Shown: in pieces, positions 56,732-64,000 of the stretch
Position numbering within the stretch: position 1 is the stretch's first letter
Layout of the letters: each line of letters starts with the position of its first letter
Source: Berkelbacteria bacterium GW2011_GWE1_39_12
GTDB lineage: Bacteria; Patescibacteriota; UBA1384; UBA12157
DNA: 64,000 bases
Assembly: GCA_001029735.1 (NCBI GenBank)
Contig: CP011213.1
Location: 656,298 to 720,297 of the forward strand
Direction: 5' to 3'
Notes under the pieces: model-generated
Told to the model about the DNA's origin: nothing
Databases searched by the model: none
The model's input: the letters and a program-made list of their open reading frames with translations, nothing else
Program-made: the position numbers and the translations under genes

Positions 56732-56944
56732 ATGAACAAATTAAATGCTGTCGATTGGATTGCTTTGATTTTGGTCATCATTGGCGCTATTAACTGGGGA
56801 TTGGTAGGTTTCTTCCAATATGATCTAGTTAAAGCGATCTTTGGCGACATGACCACAATGAGTAGAATCGTTTATGACTTGGTTGGTTTAGCAGGTCTTT
56901 ATCTTATCTATCTTGTGATGGTGCTTGGTCGAAAAGAGATGTAA
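56732..56944 (+). CDS. DUF378 membrane protein
   Basis: LVIIGAINWGLVG, SRIVY.LVGLAG. Confidence 0.9.
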   Translation: MNKLNAVDWIALILVIIGAINWGLVGFFQYDLVKAIFGDMTTMSRIVYDLVGLAGLYLIYLVMVLGRKEM

Positions 56945-57053
56945 CTCTTTCTCAAAAATGAGCAACAGGTGTTGCTCATTTTTGTATTGCAAGTTAAATA
57001 ATTTAAGTTTTTAAAATGATATGATTTATGTGTAAACGAAAAAAAGAGGCAAA

Positions 57054-57617
57054 ATGTATAAACCAAAAGATTATGGACAACTGCTGGGGCATGGAGTTTT
57101 AAGCGATGAATTATTAAATACTCATTTTAAATTGTATGAAGGTTATGTAAATAACACGAATCAAATGTTAGAACTTCTGGATAATATAGATCCTGGGACA
57201 CTTGAATACTCGGAAATTCAGCGAAGATTTTCATGGGAATGGGACGGAATGAGATTGCATGAGCTTTATTTCGATAATTTAACTGAGGAAGAAAAAGACT
57301 TTAACATTAACTCTGAATTAGGCAAAAAAATCAATGAGATTTACGGTGACTTTGAAACTTGGAGAAAGAATTTTCTTTCAGTTGCCTCAATGCGGGGGAT
57401 TGGATGGACGATTTTATATTATGACGAATCTTCAAAAGAGCTTTTCAATGTTTGGATAAATGAACATGATGGCGGACATTTTGTTGGCTGTAAACCTATC
57501 CTAGTTATTGATTGTTTTGAGCACGCTTACTTTCAAGATTTTGGGTCTAAAAGACCCGACTATTTAGAAAAAATCTTTTCACATATTGATTGGGAAAAAG
57601 TAACTGAAAGATTTTAG
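57054..57617 (+). CDS. Fe/Mn superoxide dismutase family protein
   Basis: HFKLYEGYV, LHELYF, GIGW, DCFEHAY. Confidence 0.88.
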   Translation: MYKPKDYGQLLGHGVLSDELLNTHFKLYEGYVNNTNQMLELLDNIDPGTLEYSEIQRRFSWEWDGMRLHELYFDNLTEEEKDFNINSELGKKINEIYGDFETWRKNFLSVASMRGIGWTILYYDESSKELFNVWINEHDGGHFVGCKPILVIDCFEHAYFQDFGSKRPDYLEKIFSHIDWEKVTERF

Positions 57618-57619
57618 CA

Positions 57620-57655
57620 CTAAAAAAACGAGGGTAAATTACCTCGTTTTTTTAG
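57620..57655. terminator. Bidirectional intrinsic terminator
   Basis: AAAAAAACGAGG-loop-CCTCGTTTTTTT between convergent genes. Confidence 0.8.
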
Positions 57656-57661
57656 TATAGA

Positions 57662-58219
57662 TTATCTTAATACATTAAGTTGCATGTACCAGCCATGTGG
57701 TTTTCCGCAAGCAGGGCAAATATCCGGAGGAGTTTTGCCATTATGGATATAGCCGCAATTTAGGCATTTCCATTCCACTTCTTCCTCTGCTTCAAAAAGT
57801 ATATTATCTTCTAACATTTTGACTAGTTTTAAGTATCTTTCTTCATGTTTTTCTTCAACTTCACCAATTTCTTTAAACATGTCGGCAATTTCTGTTTGGT
57901 CTTCTTCTCTGGCGATTTTTTCAAAACCTGGGTACATGGTACCCCATTCGTATTTTTCGCCGTCAGCAGCAGCCTTAATATTTTCAATTGTTTTTCTGAC
58001 CGCATGAATATTGTACGTATTCGTCATTTCAGCTTGATCTTCGATAAAATGCAATTCTCTCTCAGCATGCGCTCTTTCATTGTCTGCAGTTTCTTCAAAG
58101 ACTCTGGCGACCCATTCAAGACCTTCTGCTCGTGCTTGTTTGGCAAAAAGAGTGTATTTGTTTCTTGCCATCGATTCGCCGGCAAAAGCTTTTAGTAAAT
58201 TTTCTTGTGTTTTACTCAC
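57662..58219 (-). CDS. rbr: Rubrerythrin
   Basis: AFAGESMARNKY, E..HA, EEKHE, WKCLNCGY..CPAC. Confidence 0.93.
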   Translation of the reverse strand: MSKTQENLLKAFAGESMARNKYTLFAKQARAEGLEWVARVFEETADNERAHAERELHFIEDQAEMTNTYNIHAVRKTIENIKAAADGEKYEWGTMYPGFEKIAREEDQTEIADMFKEIGEVEEKHEERYLKLVKMLEDNILFEAEEEVEWKCLNCGYIHNGKTPPDICPACGKPHGWYMQLNVLR

Positions 58220-58260
58220 GATTTTCTCCTTCTTTTTAACTAACTAATTCAATTTTACAT

Positions 58261-58689
58261 TTAAAGTAGTTTAAGAGCAATCGCATTAATACAATACCTT
58301 TTGTGAGTTGGCGGTGGTCCATCGTTAAATACATGCCCCAAATGCGCATTGCAACGAGCACAGCTTACTTCTGTTCTTATTATGCCAAAACTGCTGTCTT
58401 CCTTTTTGATTACATTTAGCGGGGAGATTGGTTCAAAAAAGCTTGGCCAGCCAGTGCCTGATTCAAATTTCGTGCCGAAATTAAATAAAGCCGTACCGCA
58501 ACATACACAGCCATAAATTCCTTTTTCTTTTGGTGGTACTGGACAAATGCTTGAAAATGCTGATTCAGTGCCATGCAGTCGTGTTATTTTGTATTGGTCT
58601 GGCGTCAAAATCTTCTGCCATTCCGAGTTTGTTTTGTTTATTTTTTCTACTTCTTCCAGTTTGTCTATTTTAGGGTTATAAATTTTCAT
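58261..58689 (-). CDS. msrB: Methionine-R-sulfoxide reductase
   Basis: KFESGTGWPSF, HLGHVFNDGP, RYCIN. Confidence 0.95.
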   Translation of the reverse strand: MKIYNPKIDKLEEVEKINKTNSEWQKILTPDQYKITRLHGTESAFSSICPVPPKEKGIYGCVCCGTALFNFGTKFESGTGWPSFFEPISPLNVIKKEDSSFGIIRTEVSCARCNAHLGHVFNDGPPPTHKRYCINAIALKLL

Positions 58690-58690
58690 T

Positions 58691-59176
58691 TTAAATATGG
58701 CATCCTTGTCCTGGGTGCTTAAGAAAATATTTCTGATGATAGTCTTCGGCTTTGAAAAAAGGTCCTGCCGACTCTATTTCCGTCACTATCTTACTTTGTA
58801 ATAAACCAGTCTCTTCCATTTTACGTCTAGATTTTTCTGCCATATTTTTCTGATGTTCAGTTGTGTAAAAAATTGCTGATCTGTACTGAGATCCGACATC
58901 TGGTCCTTGTCGGTTGATGGTCGTCGGGTCGTGGATTTGCCAAAATGTACTTAATAAATCGTTAAAAGAAACTTTTTTAGGATCATATACAACTTCTACT
59001 GTTTCGGCATGACCAGTCATATTTGAACAAACTTGCTCATAGGTGGGGTTTTCTGTTTTTCCACCCATAAAACCCACTTCTGTTTTTAACACTCCAGAAA
59101 TTTTATAAAATGCTTCTTCAACACCCCAAAAACAGCCGGCTGCAAAAAATACTTTTTCATATTTTTCTGTTGTCAT
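58691..59176 (-). CDS. msrA: Methionine-S-sulfoxide reductase
   Basis: GCFWG, HDPT..NRQG.D.G.QYRS, AEDYHQKY. Confidence 0.96.
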   Translation of the reverse strand: MTTEKYEKVFFAAGCFWGVEEAFYKISGVLKTEVGFMGGKTENPTYEQVCSNMTGHAETVEVVYDPKKVSFNDLLSTFWQIHDPTTINRQGPDVGSQYRSAIFYTTEHQKNMAEKSRRKMEETGLLQSKIVTEIESAGPFFKAEDYHQKYFLKHPGQGCHI

Positions 59177-59246
59177 AATTGTATTATACACTTCTAAAGC
59201 AATGTTTAATTGATCTTTTTGTTAAAAAGTGATAGGATTGATTGAA

Positions 59247-60482
59247 ATGCAAAACATATTTGATGTGGCTATTATTGGCGGAGGACCAGCAGGAATGATG
59301 GCGGCGATCACTGCTGCAGAAAAGAAAAATAATTCATCTGAATTATCCGTGGTTTTGTTAGAAAAAAATGATTCCCTGGGCAAAAAAATTTTGGCTACTG
59401 GTAATGGCCGTTGTAATCTAACCAATCGTTTCGCAGAAAAATCCCGTTATCACGGCGGCGATCAGCAATTTATCTCTAATGTACTATCATCTTTTGATCA
59501 ATTCAAAACTATGCAATTTTTCGAAGAGCTAGGGATTGTTTTAAAGGAAGAGGATAATGGCAGGATTTTTCCAAGAACTAATCAAGCACAAACAATCATT
59601 GACGCGCTAAATCATAGACTGCAAGAAGATAAAGTAAATGTTAGATTGAATTCTATTGTCAAACGGATATCCAAAAACAGTGGTAATTTTGAAATTACGC
59701 TTAACGATGGCACTGTGATAAATTCAAAAAAAGTTGTTATAACCGCAGGCGGAAAATCATCTTCCCAATTTGGATCTACTGGCGATGGCTATTATTGGGC
59801 AGAGAACTTAGGCCACAAAACGACAGAAACTTATCCAGCTTTAGTTCCTTTAGAGACGGTGGAAGATTGGCCAAAGGAGTTGTCAGGTCTGCGTTTAGAG
59901 GGTAGAACCTTTGTAACCGATGGTGATAAAATAATTTCTGAAAAAAATGGCGACATTTTGTTCACCCATTTCGGTCTTTCTGCTCCTTCGGTTATGGCAC
60001 ATGCGGGACGCATTGCTCCGTTTTTTAATCACAAATTAACAATTCATTTAGATATTTTCTTGGATTTGAGCGAAAAAGATTTGGATAGTACATTAATTAA
60101 GATTTTTGAATCAAGCGGGAAAAAGGAATTAAAAAACGCGCTTTCTGGCATACTGCCGAATAACTTATCGCCTGTTGTTTTGAGATTATTGGAAATTCGA
60201 GCTGAAAAGAAAACTGCCGAAATAAGTAAAGAAGACAGGCTTAAAATTGTTAAATTCTTAAAAGATATTCCATTAGAAATAAAACAAACCCGGCCTTTCA
60301 AAGAAGCTCAGGTGACAAGCGGGGGAGTAGCACTCGACGATATTAATGAAAAGACTTTAGAGTCCAAAAAAACAAAAGGTTTATATTTTGCTGGGGAAAT
60401 ATTAGATGTTGACGGCGATTCTGGTGGTTTTAACTTACAATGGGCATGGTCATCTGGCCATCTTGCAGGTAACCTTCAATAG
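59247..60482 (+). CDS. HI0933/YhiN family flavoprotein
   Basis: GGGPAG, TGNGRCNLTN, LFTHFG.S, GGFNLQWAWSSG. Confidence 0.92.
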   Translation: MQNIFDVAIIGGGPAGMMAAITAAEKKNNSSELSVVLLEKNDSLGKKILATGNGRCNLTNRFAEKSRYHGGDQQFISNVLSSFDQFKTMQFFEELGIVLKEEDNGRIFPRTNQAQTIIDALNHRLQEDKVNVRLNSIVKRISKNSGNFEITLNDGTVINSKKVVITAGGKSSSQFGSTGDGYYWAENLGHKTTETYPALVPLETVEDWPKELSGLRLEGRTFVTDGDKIISEKNGDILFTHFGLSAPSVMAHAGRIAPFFNHKLTIHLDIFLDLSEKDLDSTLIKIFESSGKKELKNALSGILPNNLSPVVLRLLEIRAEKKTAEISKEDRLKIVKFLKDIPLEIKQTRPFKEAQVTSGGVALDDINEKTLESKKTKGLYFAGEILDVDGDSGGFNLQWAWSSGHLAGNLQ

Positions 60483-60983
60483 TTAAATTCTATCTTCATC
60501 TTTTTCCGTTTTCAATTCAAGGATGCTCAGATACCCGAGTAAAATACCAAGTGTCATAAACCAAATAAAACCTAGAAGACCAAAAATCCAATAGATCTTT
60601 TTTTTGCCAAATTCATAAGCTGATTTTCCAATTAAGCAGGCCATGAATATCATGACAAATATTTCTAAAATATTTATATACAAAATAAATCCCTGCAAAT
60701 AACGCATTAATATATCCAAGATAATTTTTAATGAGAATAGAATTAAAAATTTTTCAGTAAACTCTTGAAAGAAAATATCAGTAGATCTAGTTTCTATTCC
60801 TTTTGAAAAAAACTTTTCAATTTTTTTTGATTTAGAACAAAAAATCAAAAAAATCCCGGTTATTAACCAGAAGAAGTAATCCCAACTGAAGGCCTTATTT
60901 ATTACCACCAAAAATAACGTCATTGAGGAGATAATGACGCCAAATAGAAGTGAATAGATTTTGTAGTTTTTATTATTTTGCAT
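60483..60983 (-). CDS. Hypothetical membrane protein
   Basis: Multi-TM ORF with upstream TTGACT/TATAAT. Confidence 0.6.
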   Translation of the reverse strand: MQNNKNYKIYSLLFGVIISSMTLFLVVINKAFSWDYFFWLITGIFLIFCSKSKKIEKFFSKGIETRSTDIFFQEFTEKFLILFSLKIILDILMRYLQGFILYINILEIFVMIFMACLIGKSAYEFGKKKIYWIFGLLGFIWFMTLGILLGYLSILELKTEKDEDRI

Positions 60984-61050
60984 AATTTCGCAGTGTTTCT
61001 AAGTCGTTTGCTATTATAGGCTGTTTTCGGAGAAAAGTCAAGGCTCGATA

Positions 61051-61620
61051 CTATTTTAAAATTATTCGTTTGATTTCTGCTAGGTTTGATAAGACAAAAA
61101 TAATTAAATATATTGTGACTCCCGGAAAAATAACTAAATTTTCAAACCATTCTCCGGTTGCCACGCGAAATCCATTAAGCGGTTTTGGTGGAATGCCAAA
61201 AAAGCGATGATAAGGGAACAATAATGGAATTCCCTCGTTGGTGAACATATCAGCGAGAAGGTGGAAAAAGTAAGAAATAATCGTACAGATAAAAACTAAA
61301 CGAGTATCGATTCCCCAATAAGGAGGAAAAGTTTTGAATAAATAATAAAATCCTATACTAACGATGATGATACCCAATAATGAATGAGTAATGTTGCGGT
61401 GTTCTAAAAAAGGATCAGAAATTTTAGCAAAAACATGTCCAAACGGTAAAATGTGCCAAAGTTTCCCGGTTGGCTGATCAACGTCTGGTAGTAATGCTGC
61501 AATATAAGAAAAAACTAAAACGGCGCTTAAAGTTGCCGGATTATAGGTTGAATTAGAATTGACTAAAAAACATGTGAATCCTGAGGTGAGCCTGATTATT
61601 TGATGTGTTTTTGCTGTCAT
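61051..61620 (-). CDS. YdjM-like metal-dependent membrane hydrolase
   Basis: TH, LPDVD, HRNITHS, HLLAD.FT..GIPL. Confidence 0.88.
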   Translation of the reverse strand: MTAKTHQIIRLTSGFTCFLVNSNSTYNPATLSAVLVFSYIAALLPDVDQPTGKLWHILPFGHVFAKISDPFLEHRNITHSLLGIIIVSIGFYYLFKTFPPYWGIDTRLVFICTIISYFFHLLADMFTNEGIPLLFPYHRFFGIPPKPLNGFRVATGEWFENLVIFPGVTIYLIIFVLSNLAEIKRIILK

Positions 61621-61685
61621 AGCTCTATTTTACTCTTTAAGTTAAGCCTCCTCAAATTAAAAACCCGCTCATAAAGCGGGTTGAT

Positions 61686-62252
61686 TTAGGATGCGTTGAT
61701 CAACTCAAAGGCCCTTTCGATTTCTAAGGCAGCATCGTATATCCTGTTGGTTCGGACAGAAGACGGTAATGTAAGGTCAAGCTCACAGTAGGACAAGATT
61801 CTATCGCAGCCTCTGGTTTGTATTTCTGATTCGGCCAGAAATTGACAAAGTGTTTCTACCTCAAAGAGGGAAAGGCCATTTCGCGCCACAATCTCGTCGA
61901 AAACTTCCGAAGGGATCGTGCGTTCATAAATCGACCGAGGCGAGCCGCAGTATTCTGATAACCAAATTACTTCTTGCATTTGTTTGTCCGGTGTTGAATA
62001 AGAAATAAGCGGGGTGCCAAGTTCCCTGCTAATTTCTCTGGTTAATAGTTTGATGTTTTTCCCCTTCCCATAGAAATAGAAAGAATAGACAAGCTGTCTG
62101 CAATCATAATGGTAGCAATGTTTAGCCTTTACAATTACTCTATCGGCGGTCTCTTCATCTATTATTATCTTGAAAAACTCGCCGTCTTTGGCTTCCAGCA
62201 AAGAAGTAATAACAGGGAGACCATCAAGCGCTATTTTCCAGAATAGTTTCAT
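61686..62252 (-). CDS. Hypothetical protein
   Basis: AGGAGG SD, downstream terminator. Confidence 0.6.
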   Translation of the reverse strand: MKLFWKIALDGLPVITSLLEAKDGEFFKIIIDEETADRVIVKAKHCYHYDCRQLVYSFYFYGKGKNIKLLTREISRELGTPLISYSTPDKQMQEVIWLSEYCGSPRSIYERTIPSEVFDEIVARNGLSLFEVETLCQFLAESEIQTRGCDRILSYCELDLTLPSSVRTNRIYDAALEIERAFELINAS

Positions 62253-62407
62253 GTCTTCCTCCTATTTGAGAATTAGATTTCTAAGGAAATCTAATTCTTT
62301 GTATTGTTCAGGTGCTCGTTCTCTCTATTAGAACAGATTATTCTACTTTTATTATATCAAAAAGTCAAGAAAAAACCCGGCGCACTGGCGACGGGTTGGT
62401 GGGTTGG

Positions 62408-62551
62408 TTAGCCAAAGACTGGTACTGGCATTATGTCTTCGCCGATCCAGTCTGGATCTGGTGGTTCGGGCATCATTTTTGGAAAGCTTTGGTCATCTGC
62501 TAGTGCTTCTTGTGTCTCATCGTCTTCCGTGCGTTTTTCCAAATTATCCAT
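62408..62551 (-). CDS. 47-aa acidic/proline-rich peptide (absent from ORF track)
   Basis: AAGGAGGAG SD; MDNLEKRTEDDETQEALADDQSFPKMMPEPPDPDWIGEDIMPVPVFG. Confidence 0.5.
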   Translation of the reverse strand: MDNLEKRTEDDETQEALADDQSFPKMMPEPPDPDWIGEDIMPVPVFG

Positions 62552-62827
62552 TTTCTCCTCCTTAAGACAAAAAACCGCCTTTGTTGGCGGTGCTCTTTGA
62601 GAAACCTATTTTGTTGTAATGCTTTAGATGATCCGCCACTCATCAAAACTGAGATCTTTTTTGAGATCTTTACTAATGATGTTTAGTTTGGCGCAATTCA
62701 TATAAGGCATCGTATTCATTTTATCAAAAATTTTGTTGAAAAACAAGTAAATTAGCAAATTTGCTTTTTTAATTACAATAGGTTAAAACAAATGGGAGGA
62801 GTTAGAATCTTGAAAATGAGGTGTGTG

Positions 62828-64000
62828 ATGGAAGAGTTTGATTTTGCCAGAGCGCTGACGGAAATTATTGGAAAAAGAGATGCAATGTCTGAACAAATAA
62901 GACCAATGATGGCTGAAGAAGCCACTAAAAGAGGTCAGAATGCAGACTATATAAAGACGGGAAAACTCTCCAATATTACGGTTGACGACTACTTAAGAAA
63001 AGATCCGATGTTGGCTGCTTGGTGGAATATGCTCGATTGTCTAGCTGAGGGCTTTTTCAAACATGCATTTGATTATTGGTCAAAGCTTAGGGATAGGCTT
63101 GACAAGGACGATATTGATTTGTATGCCAAGGTGATGATTGAAGAGGCTTGTCATAGCACGGAAACGGAAAATCTTTTCACCTCCAGCGGCTACTTTTGGC
63201 TTCTGAGAAAACTCGATGCTGGTGAGCTGGATACTTATGTTGATTTCGAGTTGGAGAAAGAAATCATCAACCGAGGGTTCTGGCAGTATGCCGGCAAATA
63301 TTTCTCTAAGGCAGGGTATCCCTGTTCTTACGATGTGGATGATTTTGAATTGATACAGAAATATCTAACACGTGTAGATCTGAGGACTGTGAAGGATCAT
63401 GCAAATCTTGTGCTTTGGGGAAGTCTGCCTTGGCCGAACAAATCTTACCAAGATGCGGTAAAGCAAGTTGAGCCAGAGCTTTCGCGAGATGAAATAGTTG
63501 TTCTGATTCGTCCGATTATAGATCGAGCAATTCACGAAGCAAGAATTGACGAATGTCGTCATGATCATATGGATGAAATTATGGTCCGCTGTATTCGAAT
63601 TTACGATTCGTATCTCGATCATCCAGTGATTCAAGATTTGCTAAAGGAATCAATCAAAGAAGTGTTATATGATATTTCCTCCTCTTATGGCTGGGAAAAC
63701 GCCAAGATTTTTAAGCAGTTAATCAATTTGGTTCTGCTTAATGATTTTGACCTGATTCAGCTTGCCAGTAAGTCGTTGCCGGACATACCTAATCTAGGGG
63801 TCTATTTGGTGGAGAATAATCTAGATCCTTGCTACTTTAACCGTGAGGTCCAGGTAAAGGTTTGCCAGATGATTAAGGACGGTGTGGCTTATTGGGAAAT
63901 TCACGATAGGAGTGCTATTGTACCTTATCTTGCCTGTATACAGCAGGCAGTTAAAGCCGGTTGGCTTGATCGCGAATGGGCAATTGGTTATGTTCAGCCC
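62828..64000 (+). CDS. Large hypothetical protein, runs off the window end
   Basis: ATG after GAGGTG; long open frame MEEFDFARALTEIIG...; no recognisable motif. Confidence 0.7.
   Translation, partial: MEEFDFARALTEIIGKRDAMSEQIRPMMAEEATKRGQNADYIKTGKLSNITVDDYLRKDPMLAAWWNMLDCLAEGFFKHAFDYWSKLRDRLDKDDIDLYAKVMIEEACHSTETENLFTSSGYFWLLRKLDAGELDTYVDFELEKEIINRGFWQYAGKYFSKAGYPCSYDVDDFELIQKYLTRVDLRTVKDHANLVLWGSLPWPNKSYQDAVKQVEPELSRDEIVVLIRPIIDRAIHEARIDECRHDHMDEIMVRCIRIYDSYLDHPVIQDLLKESIKEVLYDISSSYGWENAKIFKQLINLVLLNDFDLIQLASKSLPDIPNLGVYLVENNLDPCYFNREVQVKVCQMIKDGVAYWEIHDRSAIVPYLACIQQAVKAGWLDREWAIGYVQP

Overview
This is an AT-rich bacterial chromosome segment read with genetic code 11. Its gene content suggests a reduced-genome Patescibacteria/CPR organism (inference from tandem-domain ThyX, an XRE-Hsp20 fusion, short Pyk and MiaB, and tRNA-Arg(UCG)). 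It carries housekeeping genes (pyk, typA, gdhA, rny, hup, rpsP-khpA-trmD, rplY, miaB, thrS, smpB, rsgA), a dut-kinase-dCMP deaminase-glyA-thyX-tmk operon, three ABC-2 exporter loci, an oxidative-stress cluster, 9 tRNAs and tmRNA. There is no CRISPR array and no intact integrase or transposase. The most unusual signals are non-coding. (1) Five tRNA genes are flanked by interrupted shadow copies of tRNA halves carrying small hairpin inserts. In two cases (Pro-CGG, Lys-CTT) a CCA-less tRNA inside an extended inverted repeat sits nested at the anticodon of an older, split copy. (2) A ~48-bp hairpin-GCGGAATTT-SD leader cassette occurs five times in front of unrelated genes. (3) A tandem graveyard of islands lies at the tmRNA 3' end, marked by three att repeats that each carry a homologous recombinase C-terminal tail; its cargo includes a HEPN-like plus Schlafen/AlbA_2 pair and a 10-bp-phased repeat array. 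Also notable are a catalytically dead GH-A surface protein, a stand-alone acidic RNAP alpha-CTD-like protein and a probable AUU-initiated CHAP hydrolase. All family calls are from motif recognition by eye; no searches were run.
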